A DNA stretch of 63,655 bases, the filler included, from Pelomyxa schiedti (taxonomy: Eukaryota > Protista > Evosea), in assembly GCA_020536535.1 (NCBI GenBank). It is 3 parts of 3 records of this genome, joined end to end, with 100 filler letters (N's around TTAATTAATTAA, not from the genome) between each part and the next. Parts side by side here need not be neighbours in the genome. Positions count along the whole stretch, not along the records: positions 31,289 to 61,348 come from JAHLWZ010000563.1; 2 more parts are not named here. One strand, 5' to 3'. Below, one piece after another: positions 32,608-45,847 of this stretch. A program made the position numbers and the translations under genes. A model generated the notes under the pieces. The model saw only the letters and a list, made by a program, of their open reading frames with translations. It searched no databases and had not been told where the DNA came from. Each line of letters starts with the position of its first letter. The stretch's first letter is position 1.

Positions 32608-35600
32608 TGGGGCCGGGAAGGAAGGGGCAGCAGGGAGGGCGCGGGAAACAGCACACTAGGGGGGGCACGAGCACAACGAGGCCGCAGAGGGGGTGGAAAC
32701 AGAGGCGGGGGCGGCCACTGCAACACGTGGAGGGTGGAAACTACGCTCGAGGGACCACACCCAATACTCCATGTGAAGGGGTTCCCTGCCGCCCTCGTCA
32801 CCCACGACCTCGTCAAGCAAGTGATTGGGAACTCTGCCCTCGTGTACACGCCCCTCCTCTTCACACTCAACTCACCTCCCTGCGTTTTATGTCGTTGACC
32901 CGCACTCTACGCCCAACGGCCATTCTCAGCGATGGCCACCACCACGTTGGTTTTTTCATTACCCTTTTAGGTCTCACGTTGAATTCCGGAGGCAGAGAAG
33001 TCTGGTCTACGCGTACTTCTTCTCTGAAAAAGCAGCCCTCCAAGCACTCCGGGAACAGCCCTTCACGTGGGACTACTCCCTGCCACCATCTGATTCCTCT
33101 TCTACATGGACTCACCAGAGCGCCCAGATCACACTCGTTTTGGACCCAAAACCCGAGGTACAAGCAGCAACAGAAACAACGCCAACCAACAGCGCTGCTG
33201 GCTCTTTCAACTATGATTACCATTCTGCCTCCTTCCCCTCCTCCTCCTCCTCCTCCTCCTCGACGACGACTACTACTGCCAGTTGCACCGCCGCCTACTG
33301 TGGGGGCACGATGGTTGCCGCTCCAGCAACATGGGAGGATCAACAGCGCCAGCAACGAGGAGAGTTCTATCAGTGTGATGAAGACTACGAGGGAGCGGCG
33401 TGGTGCGATCAAGTCGAAGTGGGGCACGAGGAGGGGCTGAGGCTGGCCGAGGATGTAGGCGTTGTTGGTGATGATGGTGGCGTCGTCCGTCCCAATGTCG
33501 GCGGTTCCAGTGCTTATGCTGATGATGATGATGCTATTTACGGTGTTGCTTCTCCTGCTGCTATTTACAGTGCTGCTTCTGCTGTTGCTATTTACAGCCC
33601 CGTTTCTCCTGCTGCTATTTACAGTCCTGCTTCTCCTGTTGCTATTTACAGCCCTGCTTCTCCTGCTGCCATTAATGTCAATGGAGGCCATAATCGCGAT
33701 CCTCTGGAGCTCAATGACGACGACGAGCTTGTTGTTTCAAGTAACCTCATTGCCTCCGGCGGATTTGGTGATGTTTACAACGGTGAGTATGTATCATGGG
33801 AGATCTTTGTTCATTGCTTGACAGGAACTCTCAATGGCACAGCTGTGGCAATCAAGAAGTTTAAAAGTGATCACTGCCAAGCAGATTTCGTTTGTGAAGT
33901 CAATGCCTTGAGGTCAGTCTCCTCCCCTTTTTTCCTCAACTCGTTGAAGAGGAGGCACGCTCACCCACCAAACAGAGAACTTAACAATCAACCGAACATA
34001 ATATCCATCATGGGTACGGGCGTATTTCCACGCCTTCGTAATTCATGCACACTCTCCATCCCCCCATTCCTCTCTTCTCTGTTCATTCCACTTCCTCACT
34101 TGACTTGTTTATTTTCTTTTCTTCTCTTCTTAATCTGTTAATCTTTCATTCTCAGGAATCAAAACAAATGAGCTTCCACCTCTGATCGTTTTCGAGAAGA
34201 TGGCTTGCAATCTCTACACACTTTTACATGATCAGTCCCACGCTCCAGCTCATGTGCAGAGCTGCTGGAAGGGAGGATGTGACCGAGATACAAGACTGCT
34301 TATGTCACTTGATGCGGTGAGTAGTGGTGCCTTGTGCGTGTGTTTGCGTGTTGAACTTGTGTCTCTCTTAATCCTTCCATCCAATCACACATAACTCCTC
34401 CAACAAATAAAAAATGCCTACCTTGTGTGATTGGCCAGTGGTAGAATAATTAATTACTTATCTTTTCTAGGCTCTTGGAATACAGTGGATACATACCAAG
34501 AAGTTTGTGCACAGGTAAAGAAAAATTCTTCCTTCTTTTGTCACTCATGACAAAAACCATTTTTAGGGATATTAAAACAGACAACCTGTTGGTGGACGAC
34601 AAGCTCCGACTTAAAGTAAAATTCAAATCTACCCAATTTTATCTGTTGTGGCTAATGCTATGCAAAAAACAAACATATCCAGATTTCCGACTTCGGTTTA
34701 TGTGCAAAAGAGACTGTGGTACAAAGCCAGGGCAGAATGGGGACATGTATGTTGTTTGTCACCAAACAACCCCACTCAACTCCCAAAAAGTTCCTTATTA
34801 TGCACCGGAGCTGTGGAATGCATCACCTGACCCATCATCACTTGCAAATAATACATCATCTGAAGAGCCTGCAACTCAGTCCAGTGACATGTATGTTGGT
34901 CCCATTATCATCATCAACAGCTCCTCGATGATGAAATAATTAATTAGCTTTGTTTTTAGTTTTACTAAAAATATGTATGCCCCATTATCTCTCACAAATT
35001 GATCACATACACGCATAGCTACGCATTTGGGCTGGTGTTGCTGGAGATTTGGTCTCGGAAGATACCATGGAGTGACCACTACACAGACAAGAAGAGTTTC
35101 TACAGGAATGTAATTCTTGCAAGGCTACCTCTCGAGTTTCCTGCAGACATGCCAATCGAATTGGTTTGTGATGATGTGTTATTCCTCCCCCCACTTTGTC
35201 TTTGTATTTTTCCCACTCTCAATTAATCAAAAAAATCAGAAAAATCTCATTGAGTCATGCTGTAACCGAGATCCAAGAAAGGTAGGGGGTAACAAAACCC
35301 ATCCCATCACGTACTCTTCTCCAACAACAACAGAGACCTGGCATTGCCCATGTAGTTGACACTTTGAGAAACCTTTTGCTCGACTTCCCACCTGATCTGA
35401 TGGATGCTCGCAAGTTTTGGCTACAGTTTTCGTCCTCTGGAGGCAGCAACGGTCTCCCGCCACAAGGAGGGGTGTGCTGGGATACATTCAAAGCCGCGTT
35501 GAGAAATGAATCGCCCGCCTACTATGGCAGCATTGAGGGCGTCAAGGAAATGGCATGCACTGCATCACCAAGTTCACCAACACCTGGTATGTAAAGAGAG

Positions 35601-36652
35601 ATACAGATAAGTCATCCTTTTTTTGAGATTCCTTCCTCCTCACTGATTTATCATCTCCCTCTACACCACAAATAGAAACGAAAGGAGGAAACAGAAACAA
35701 CAACAGCAGTGGAAACGTTTTATTTGTTACCAAACAGAGGTTCATCTTCCTCAATCAGCTCTTTGGAGACTTTTTCGTGGATGGGTTCCTTTTACAGGAG
35801 GTAAGGAACTCTATGTATTTTCTCGACATCCACAACTGCAAACCATGAACCATTATCCTCAGATTCAAGACCTCGTGGATTCCAGGGCCTGGTTCACCCC
35901 GTTTCTCACAGCCCAACAGTCTGAAGAGTTGTTGCTGAACCACTCCGCCGTTGCTGGAGGAACGGGAGCTGTATTTCTCATCAGGTGCAATTTGGACGAT
36001 CCCGCTCATTTCCCGTTCGTGGTATCCACTAGGGTCCCGTCGAGCTCAACTGTAGTACATACAAGGTATGGGGAATGTAGATTTAATCTATTCCACCCAC
36101 TACTGTAGGGTTCGGAGAATAACGAAGTACTCTTCGTTGGCAGAGCGGTACGAATACGCCTGCGGCGCAATTACAATCAGAACAGACACAATTCCCAACA
36201 TGGTGCAACAGCTTATTAGGTCCAATATCCTTCGAATACACCCGGAACATCAACCCTCTGATTATGCTCCACCACCGCTTCTTGCGCCATCGCCACACCT
36301 CCACAGTCACAGCCACCATTACAATCAACATAATGACAACCACAACCGCAGTCACAGCAGGAGCCCGCGTCGTTACCACTATCCCCGCCGCTACCATTAT
36401 GACGATTACCGTGACCGCGATGATGATCACTCTGATCACAATGACAGATACACCAGAAGTCGAAGCCGAAGTAGAAGTAGAAGCCGGAGCCTCAGTCCCA
36501 GCCCCAATCGTCACCGTAGCAACAACAGTCACGACCACAACATCAGGAACCGCAGCCGCAGTCCCAAGCACTACAACAACAGGCATGATCATAGCCGCAG
36601 TCCTAATCACCACGCAGGCAACAACAAACACCACGGGAAGAGGCATCACTGA
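32608..36652 (+). CDS. RGG/RRM-like + TKL protein kinase + SH2 (Shk-like) + His/Arg-Ser-rich tail; 5' end incomplete
   Basis: ILHVKGFP..VYAYF (RRM-like); ASGGFGDVY, VAIKK, EVNAL, HRDIKTDN, ISDFG, YAPE, DMYAFGLVLLEI, RP; SH2 WFTPFLTAQQSEELL..FLIRC..FVVS..VVHTRV; RSRSRSRSRSRSLSPSP. Confidence 0.85.
33533..33673 (+). repeat. 27-bp tandem repeat (~5 units) encoding AIYSPASP(A/V)-type nonamers
   Basis: gctatttacagccctgcttctcctgct-like units. Confidence 0.9.
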
Positions 36653-36782
36653 TTGATCTCTGAAAAAGAAGACCTCCATCTGAGCTTCCTTTGACCAACA
36701 AGAAGCCACAGTCAAGAGACCATAACAAATCCATTGTTCATAAAGATTTTGCCCGTTTTATTTTGAAATTCATTTTCACTTC

Positions 36783-39720
36783 CTATGTGTTTTTGCTTGG
36801 TGTAATCAATTTTTGCTTCTGTTCCAGGGATGCTTTTGCTGCCAGAGCACGAGGAAGGAGTTGTTCCCATTCTTCTCTGATACTGGCGGGTACAATGGCT
36901 TGTGGGTGCTGCCGGCTTGGCAATAGGAGTTGCTGGTATATACCTACAAGGGCATCCATGGATTGGTAGTAGGTGTTGCTGCAATTATGCTCCCAGGAGC
37001 TTAGTGTGTAATGAATGATGGCCTTCAGAAAAAATGGTCTGTTGGCGGAAAGGTCAAAGAACTTTGTTACACACCTCCCTTTCGTTCCCGGCAGATTGGA
37101 AGCAGCGTGCAGCGAAGTATTGTGCCTCACAGTCATATGGGGCAAGGAGTAAAGCTTTTCTGGAATATGATACACTGCTTTCGTGATCTTTCTAGGAAAT
37201 AGTTGGGCAAGAAAAGATAGAGATAGATTCCGGAACCTTCTCACTTAGAATGGTGGCTGCATTTATGTAATATTTTGCAGCTTGCTGAGTGAGGTTAACC
37301 CTCTCAAATAGTTCGGCCAAACCAGTAATAGAAGAGGTATCCCGGGGGTTATACTTTAAAAGTTCCCTAGCTGGGAGTCAGAGCACTGGCCTCAATTGAG
37401 TCAAATGGAATTACGTGTAGATTGTGTGCAGTGACTCCGCTGCAACGACTTCGGTATATTTACAATCAAGACCTTGGCGCATGAACTGAAGTCCAGTTTT
37501 GAAGTCAGACAGTCTCCAGTAACTTATACCTAGCTTTTTGGTATCAGTAGACTCTCATATGTGCCTCAAACAAACTGAATGCCAGACGTCACAGTAAATA
37601 GGCTCTATCTGCAGAGCTCGCTGGAAGTGGGTAATAGCGGTTTGGAAATTCTCACTGTGAAGGGCCTGAGTACCCAGTATGTACTGCACTTTGGCGCTGC
37701 TTGGGCATACTTGCTCTGCATGTGCGAACAGAGTTGCATCATCTGCCCACACCTTATTTTGAAGGAATCTAACAAGGTCATAATCATCAGTGTGAGCTTT
37801 TTTGCACACGTTTTGCGGCCATAGGTAAGTATCAGAGTTACAGTGATAACCAGTGGGAGGGCTTTCAGCAATTTTTGACGGAACTTGTGCACCAGTTGGC
37901 TTGTTGCACGGGCAATCATAATCGAAAAAGGAATTGATGGCGAATACAGAAGCCTCTCCCCCACCATAGTTCCAACAAAAAAGAATATGTTCTAAAAAGA
38001 GTTCAGTAGTTTCCAGGACAGATGAAGTAACAAACTGAGGAGGGCAGGGCAAATACTCCAAACCACAATAGTAGGAACAACCACCTTCGACCCTCATTTA
38101 TGTGGCGAAGACAAAGCAGTCCCAAATTGGCAAGGAACAAGAAAAGTAACAAGGAATATAGATTTCTGATATCGTATCTGTCTATTTCATAAGAATAAGA
38201 GAGGGAAACAATATGTAAGTACAGCTTTTCAACCAAAGGAAGGCAGTTAAAACTATAATCGGGTGACATTGTGCCTGGGAAAGATGAGAAGGGATAAAAT
38301 TGTAAATGGATATTACTTGGGTACACTAGGAGCTGGAAGTATTTCGTGTGGAGCATTGCGATGTTGTAAATCAGCTGCCAACCTTACATATTATGTTAAA
38401 TGATCAAAACTGGACAAATAGGTAAACTCACCTGAAGTGTAGGCAATAGGGTTCTCTAGATGCCGGTAATTACTTAAAACCATAGATACAGTAATCAACC
38501 TGAGCTGAAGTTATTGAATGATAGCAAACAAATCGCGGATACTTGCGGCAGACGAGTACAACTACAGCAAATGCGCAAACGATACTGCAATTGCGCAAAA
38601 ACGGCCACTTGGGGCGATCAAATATGCTTGGGAGGTGGGAAACATTTCGCGGCACTAACAACAATTCATGTGCTACCTAAAGACTGTAATGGTTACAGAA
38701 GACAAGAACCAACTTGGGAGTATCGTCTGGTGGCAACAAAAAAAAAATTAAGAAAAGGGAACGAACCATGACAGCAAAGATTGTGAAGCCGGTTTCTTTA
38801 GAAAGAATTGCACAGGAGGCCAAAATTAGTGCAGCCCCAAATGACACAGTGCATGTGATCGACTTGATAACACTTGATGATTTACTTAGAGAGAGTCTAA
38901 CAGTCCACGAGTACACAAAATAGGCGGCAAGGCAAAATATAGCACAGAGTAATTCAGATCGACCCACAATTCCAGTGACAGCTTCCACATGAATGGGGTG
39001 TGAGGCAAAAATTAGACCAGACAGCACTGCAGTGAGGCCATCTGATTCAAAAACAATGAATGACAGTCCATAGACCTACCACAAAACAAATTAGAAGGAA
39101 AGAACTTTTTGGTTTTTTAGATATCCTTACCATCAAGCACACTGCCACATGCAAAAAAAAGTTGACTTTATGAAATGCAGTGGACAGGTGTTGTGGTGTT
39201 TCGGTGGAATTGATATCTTCTGGTGTTGAAAATAATTGCCTGTTCCATCTAAATGACAAAGTACACAAGGGCCTATAACTCTTGTGTGAGTCATCACGAC
39301 TGATATCTACTACAGGTAAGAATTTTCGAAACTGACACCTGTTTGAGTGTGGTATTATTAGTGTGAATTACCGGCACCCCAAAAATCATGGTGCAGCATC
39401 TCCATTACGGGAGAGGAGGGATTCACATCAGTATTTCGAACTACGGCAAAGTGGTCATCAAAACAGAATTCTCCCCCAAGAGAATTGGAGTAACAAATTG
39501 CCGCACAAACAACGATCTGTGCAAGCATGAATAAGGTCACTGACACAAAGCAAGTAAAGAAATCTCACCAGTGACAACAGCACCAAGTGTTTGGACAATG
39601 CAATTCTCTTCACTGACTTAGATTCTTCCTATTAATTAAGAACAGTAAAAACGTCACGATTTTTATGCTTGCTGCAGAAAAAAAAAACATAAAGCGATAC
39701 CTGCACGCCACTACGGTGCT
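36783..39720 (-). CDS. TMTC: TMTC-family protein O-mannosyltransferase (GT-C membrane domain + TPRs); start approximate
   Basis: FCFDDHFAVVRN, HDFWG, SHKSYRPL, FASHPIHVEAV..IVGRSELL, SKETGFT, ENP, DYS, VGERLLYSPS; C-terminal TPRs. Confidence 0.88.
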
Positions 39721-40025
39721 CCATCACAATATTTCGAAGAAAAGAAGATGCACAAAACGAGGGGTTGTTGTGTTTCTGCAGGTGTGATTCAGAAGGACTT
39801 CGGAATCAAAAACTATTTTGTCCCTGTATCAAAGTGTGCTTGTTTGGATGCCAAGCAGCTGTCCTTGATCATTCGATGCAACACGTGGTACGCATCGTGG
39901 CACGAATTTCAATGAACTTGACTTGATTTTAAAAGCCGATTTTTTTTTTGGTTTCTTTTTGCACTTCAAACAATAAGCAAGCGAACAAACAACATAAAAA
40001 AACCAAAACCCCAACAGCCCCCCCC

Positions 40026-41854
40026 ATGGCCTCCCAACGAGTCTCCTCTATCATGGGACACCTCTGCGGTGCCTCTTCGTCGTGCTGCACTTCCAGTACT
40101 ACTACAACGCCGTCGTTTGACATCTGCCGCGCCAGCCCGCAGCAAGTTGCGTCGGCGATGCTGGACGCGGGCGTGAGGCGTGCCTACGTGGCGTGGGACG
40201 AGGGGCGACAGAGGCCAGTTGCGTCTCACCCGATGTTCGACCCTCTCGCTGATTTGCTCAACCGCGACCCCACGAATTACAAGCGCCACGAGGCCTTCTT
40301 TATCGAGGTATGTGGTCTTTTTCGTTTTTTGCTTTCGCGTTTTAAAAGCGTTTGGATGGTGTATCATTTTGAAAGAATTATGGCTTAATTATGCTTTTTT
40401 TTTTTCTTTCCCTGTGTAGGTGGGGCAACTGTCTCATTATCTGCACGGTGCCTTTATCTGGAGAACAGACCGCGGTGCTGCTGCTGGAGGAGTGAGGCTG
40501 TGGCAATATGACACTTTTGCTGCATATGTCACTGATGGGCTTAGGCTTGCCATTGGCATGGGAAGGAAGAACGCCTTGGCAGGAATATGGTGGGGTGGCG
40601 GCAAAGGTGTAATTGCAAGGTATTGGCATAAACATATTATTATCTCTTCACTCATTGGGAACTTTTGTACGCTTAAATAGGCCTAAAGACGGAAACCCTG
40701 ACACAAGGTGGAAGAGAAGAGACTTCAGGGATATTTTGTTCATGGAGTATGGTTGTCTCATGTCCTCTCTGAGGGGTTGCTACGTTACTGCAGAAGATCT
40801 TGGCGTAAAGGTAATTGCATCTAGCTTTGAATTCTATTTCTTACCGTGTTGGCAGACTGTTGATTGTGACAGGGTCTTTGCGAGGACAAGATTTACAACA
40901 TGCATTAGTGACCCATTTGGTGGAAGGTATTGCATTCTCTCCCGTTTTTCTAGTTCTTGGCCTTAGTTTTTTACAGTGGTAACCCCGGATTGAAAACTGG
41001 CTGGGGAATTGCATGTGGAATGGAGGTTTGTACAAAATACATAGACTGTGTTCTTATCATTTCTCACTAGGCTGCACTTAACTACCTTGGACGAGGAGGA
41101 GTTGCTGGGAAGAAAATTGCCATTATGGGATGTGGAAACGTTGCAACTTCTCTTATCGGGAAGCTATTGGAGAAGGGTGTAGGCAGTGTGATTGATGCCG
41201 ATATGTCTCGCGATGCCGTGGAGATTGCCAGGAAGCGCTTTGCTGCATTCCCAAATGTTCAATTCCGAGTTTGCCCTCCCGGAGATTACTCGATTCTGTA
41301 CGAGGAAGCTGATGTTGTATCTCCTTGTGCCGTGGGCGGAGTCATCAACTCTCGCACAATTCCCAACATCCGAGCAAAGATTATCTGTGGCCCAGCAAAC
41401 AACCAACTTGAGGATGATGAGAGGGATGACAAGCTATTGAAGCAAAGAGGAATCCGCTTTGTTGTGGACTTTGTAGTTAACCGCATGGGGATTGTGAATT
41501 GCTGGTGAGTATTTTTTTGAATTCCCATAATAGCGTTACTAAAACCCAACCCTGCACAGCAACGAGCAGTACGGCCACCTTGACAACGACCCGGCGGTCG
41601 ACCGCCACTTTGACATCAATTACAAGGATGGGATCTACCAAGTCACCCAGAGGGTCCTCCAGCTCTCAGACCAAAAAGGAATCACAGAGGTTGAGGCGGC
41701 CAACCAGCTCGCCGACGAGGCGTCACGTGTCCCACACCCAATCTGGGGGCCAAACAGGTGGCGCCAGATCTCGGCGGAGCTCGTCGCAAGCCGTTGGGAC
41801 AGGCAGCCTTCTCTGCCTGTGTTCCCTGCCAAAGCACCGTCATCAAATTTGTAA
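40026..41854 (+). CDS. Glu/Leu/Phe/Val-family amino-acid dehydrogenase with PTS2 and PTS1-like signals
   Basis: AGGVRLWQY, GMGRKNALAGIWWGGGKGVI, YVTAEDLG, GSGNP, GCGNVA, PCAVGG, GPANNQL, VNRMGIV; N-term RVSSIMGHL; C-term SNL*. Confidence 0.88.
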
Positions 41855-41896
41855 CTTTGGTTTCGAAGAAACAAAGAAATTGCGCCCTTCCCCTAA

Positions 41897-44800
41897 ATGA
41901 GTGACACCCGCGATTGCTCGGCAACAGCCAAATTGCTGTGGAACGCATCCGCGAGAGGCGACGCCAGCGCAGTTGGGGAGATTTTGCAGTCCCTCGGCGC
42001 CACAAGGGTAGGGGAGTGGCAACATGGCGTCACGGCCACCGCCACCACAACACCAATCAAGGGGCAGCGCGTTGACCCCTGTACAGCGTTCATGTCGAAT
42101 GTAGTAGATGCGCATGTGCCAACTGAAATGAATGATGGAAAACAGGCAGGTTCAACACCACTGTGGATTGCCAGCCATAACGGGCACATCAACGTTGTTG
42201 AGTTACTCGTCACCAAAGGCAACGCAGACGTGAACAAGGCAACGTCTGGCGTTGGTACCACGCCACTGTTCGTTGCCAGCCAGAAGGGGCACATCGACGT
42301 TGTTGAGTTACTCGTCACCAAAGGCAACGCAGACGTGAACAAGGCAACGTCTGACGATGGTACCACGCCACTGTACGTTGCCAGCCATAACGGGCACATC
42401 AACGTTGTTGAGTTACTCGTCACCAAAGGCAACGCAGACGTGAACAAGGCAAGGTCTAACGATGGTATAACGCCACTGTACGTTGCCAGCCATAACGGGC
42501 ACATCGACGTTGTTGAGTTACTCGTCACCAAAGGCAACGCAGACGTGAACAAGGCAACGTCTGACGTTGGTGCCACGCCACTGTACGTTGCCAGCCAGAA
42601 CGGGCACATCAACGTTGTTGAGTTACTCGTCACCAAAGGCAACGCAGACGTGAACAAGGCAAGGTCTGACATTGGTGCCACGCCTCTCGTCATTGCTGGA
42701 TCACAGAGCCACAAAAGGATTGTGGACTTGCTGGTTTGTTGTGGTGCTGCCCCCCCACAAAACTTCCAGAGTTCACTTGATGGCAACGCGTCGCCTTTAG
42801 TGAAGGCCCTGATGAATACAACGACAACAGTAGTCGATGAGGCTGGGCTGCTGCGTGGCGTAACGGCACACTCACTATCCATCAGAGATGGAGAAACACC
42901 AGGGCCGAGGGAGTCAACATGTTGCTTGTGGTTACTACGGAGTGAGGTTACAGCCACTGTCAAGGATGCAATCAACACAGAGATACATGAATCAATCACA
43001 GACCGTAAGAGACGACAGCAGGAAACCCCAAGGATACTTGCAAGACTGGTGTGGTTTTTTTTGTGTTCTATGTGTTCAACCTCCTTCCTCACAAAACCCA
43101 CCAGAATTCCATTTGCGAAGTGAGGAACCAGGTGATGAAGAGACCCTCACAGAGGTTCTCTGCACTCTCTTTTACATATCGAAGCCTCGATGCCTGGTTG
43201 GAGGTGGCCAAAAATCACTGTCAAGGTGCCAAGGAAACTGCCGAGAAGGATTCCGCCGGGACGGTTATTGCCTCCACCAAGGTCGCAGATACCCAGATCA
43301 AAGTCACCACCCTCGAAGATCAAATGAAAGAGTGTGAAGACAAACTGGTGACAGCCCGGAAACAATTCGATCAGGCCACACAAGAATCAAAGAGAGCTAT
43401 GGGATATGCAAGATCCTGTGCACAGATCATTTGGTGGTTGCAGAAAGAGAAAGATGCCGTAAAAAGAGGTCTGGAAATGGCTCGAAGCCAACTGCACAAG
43501 CTGAACCAGGTTGCATCAACCAATACACTCCAGGCATTGTCGACAGACGAGGTTGCGAACCTGCTCATCCCTGAGTTGCACCTCTTCGCGCCGTCATACC
43601 ACCAACCAAGTTGTACAAACAACAGCAATGGCGTCGCCGAGGCCAAAGAGAAGGAGGATGAACTGCGTAAGCAACTCCTGAGGAACAACGTGAACGGAGA
43701 GGCACTTGAACAACTCACGAACGAGGACATGGTGGACCTCGGCCTCACAAATGTGTTGCACAGAAAGGCCATTTTCCACGTCGTTGAGAGTGTCAAAGTG
43801 TTTGGAATAATCCCATCCCTCTGGAACTGTCACAGCAGCAACACTACCAACACGGCATTGTCGTGGACGGAAGAGCAAGTTGGGCAGTGGCTGTCAAATG
43901 AAGGGTTTGGCCAACTCCTTAAGGAAACGACTCTACCTGGAACATCCAAATCACGTTTGTTGATGCCCGGATGGGCGATTGTTCACCTCACACATAGTGA
44001 CTTGAAATCCCTTGGGCTGACTGCAATTGGAGACCTCAGGCGTCTTTCCACCAAAATATCCACCTTGAAATCAGAGTGCTTTCGAAAAGGAACTCCAAAT
44101 GGCAACAACGGGGCCCCCAATGATGGAACCACTTCGACGAGCACGATTGCACCACAGGATCCTAATGTAGAGTCAGGAGAGCGGGCATTGCAACAACCAG
44201 AAGTGCTTGGCCTTCCCACTGTCCCATGTGATACACGAGAACAAAACCCAAAAGAAACGGTGCTTCAGGCAATCTTCACAGTGACCTGGGAGCAACTGAA
44301 TGAAAATCTTCATGAAATTGTCAATTCCAATGGGACTGCAGTTCTTTCTGCGGCTGAAGGGATAGTGCCTCTTTGTGAAATCCCACCGAACGAAGCCCCA
44401 CAAACAGCAGTTTGTTGCACTTCAACTTCCAGTCCCTGTGAGTCCCTGGATGGGCTTCTTCAAAGCACTGCAAAAAAAACTACTGCTGTCATTTCTCACA
44501 CAGATGAGAATGTGATGCCGGTTCCTCCTCAATGTGACAGCATTTATTCTTTAATGGTACTTTCCCCTCACACCCAATATTCTTCCGCACTCACACAGGA
44601 AAAAGGAAAAGAAATATCTTCATTGCCCGTCAAACAACATCATTTTACTGAATCAGGCCTTGAGGGTTGTGTCGAAACTGGCTGAAGAGCAGTTTCCTTC
44701 ATTCATTCAGTCACTCTCTTCAGCCTTGAAATGTTTGCGAAATGTATCTGAAGGGGGAAAATCAGTAGAATCTGCAAAGACCCAGATAGAGGAAACAAAG

Positions 44801-45695
44801 AAATTGCATGGGGCTGCAGTTGAAGAGCTGAAACTCCTTAAGAATGCGCTGTTGGAATCAGAAGAGAAACTCCGCCGGTCGGTGGTGCAGTCACGGGCAC
44901 ACAGAGAGTTTCTCATGTGGCTCTGCATGGAGAGGGATGACATTCGGAAGGAACTTGCTTCCGCAAGACGAGATCACGAAACAATCACCTCTTTGTTCAC
45001 CAGGAAGAGTTTCACAGGCCTGACATCCACCGATGTTGCAAGGCTCGTCATTCCCGAAACTGCTCTCTTTTCCTGGTCACATGAAAGCCGTACAGGTTAC
45101 CATATCAATACTCTTTCCCTCCCCCTCATCATCCACAGGTACAGAAGCCAAGGAACAAAAAGTTTGCGAATTGTTCATGAAGAATATGATGGACGGTGAG
45201 GCCCTTGACTACCTCCCCGACGACAAAGCAGTTCTGAAGAAACTCGGGCTCAGGGAGCTCCTCCCACGCAAAGCACTTTGTCACTTCATTCGGCACCACG
45301 TGATTGGTTCCGCATCCACACCCACATCACCCCCGTTGTCCGCAACATCGTCACCAGCCACCAGCAACAAAGCTGACTGTGGAACACAACTTGTTAAGTG
45401 GACACCGCAACAAGTGGAAAAGTGGTTCGAAGAACAAATCGCGGAACTTCTACCCCACAATCACAATCCAGGGGAGTCGGCAGCATCAAGAGCAACATCC
45501 ACACCTGACTCACGAGTGGCCTCCTCATCAACTTCCAAAAGTACTCGCGTTGGTGCAACTAGGGCACCACCCGGCTGGGCATTTGAGGAACTCAAAGCAA
45601 GGGACATCATGGATTTGTTCCCAACAGTCCCAATTGGTATTGTCTGTAAGTTGGCTCACAGAATCACTCTCTTGGCCTCCTCATCTTCTCCTTGA
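41897..45695 (+). CDS. Ankyrin-repeat protein with two coiled-coil + SAM-SAM modules
   Basis: TPL.VAS.NGHI.VVELL repeats; SAM-like VNGEALEQLTNEDMVDLGL..HRK, WTEEQVGQWL, MDGEALDYL..LKKLGL, WTPQQVEKWF; ORFs joined by GT-AG introns. Confidence 0.8.
42150..42690 (+). repeat. 105-bp tandem ankyrin-coding repeat, ~5 near-identical units
   Basis: Repeated gttgttgagttactcgtcaccaaaggcaacgcagacgtgaacaaggcaa. Confidence 0.95.
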
Positions 45696-45847
45696 TGTTT
45701 TGTTGTGACGAAGCTCAATTGTTCCCTGTGTGCATCCCACAAATCAATGAAAAGAAAGCAAAGGCTATTGTGTGACGACTTATAATATCGTGTTATTACT
45801 TCGGCAGATACTGGCTTCAAAAGCCTTTAACGGCAAGGGAGGGTCCC

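Noticed and set aside
33533-33673. Tandem repeats as a CRISPR array (also 42150-42690)
   Set aside because: No unique spacers; units are in-frame coding repeats in a eukaryotic gene
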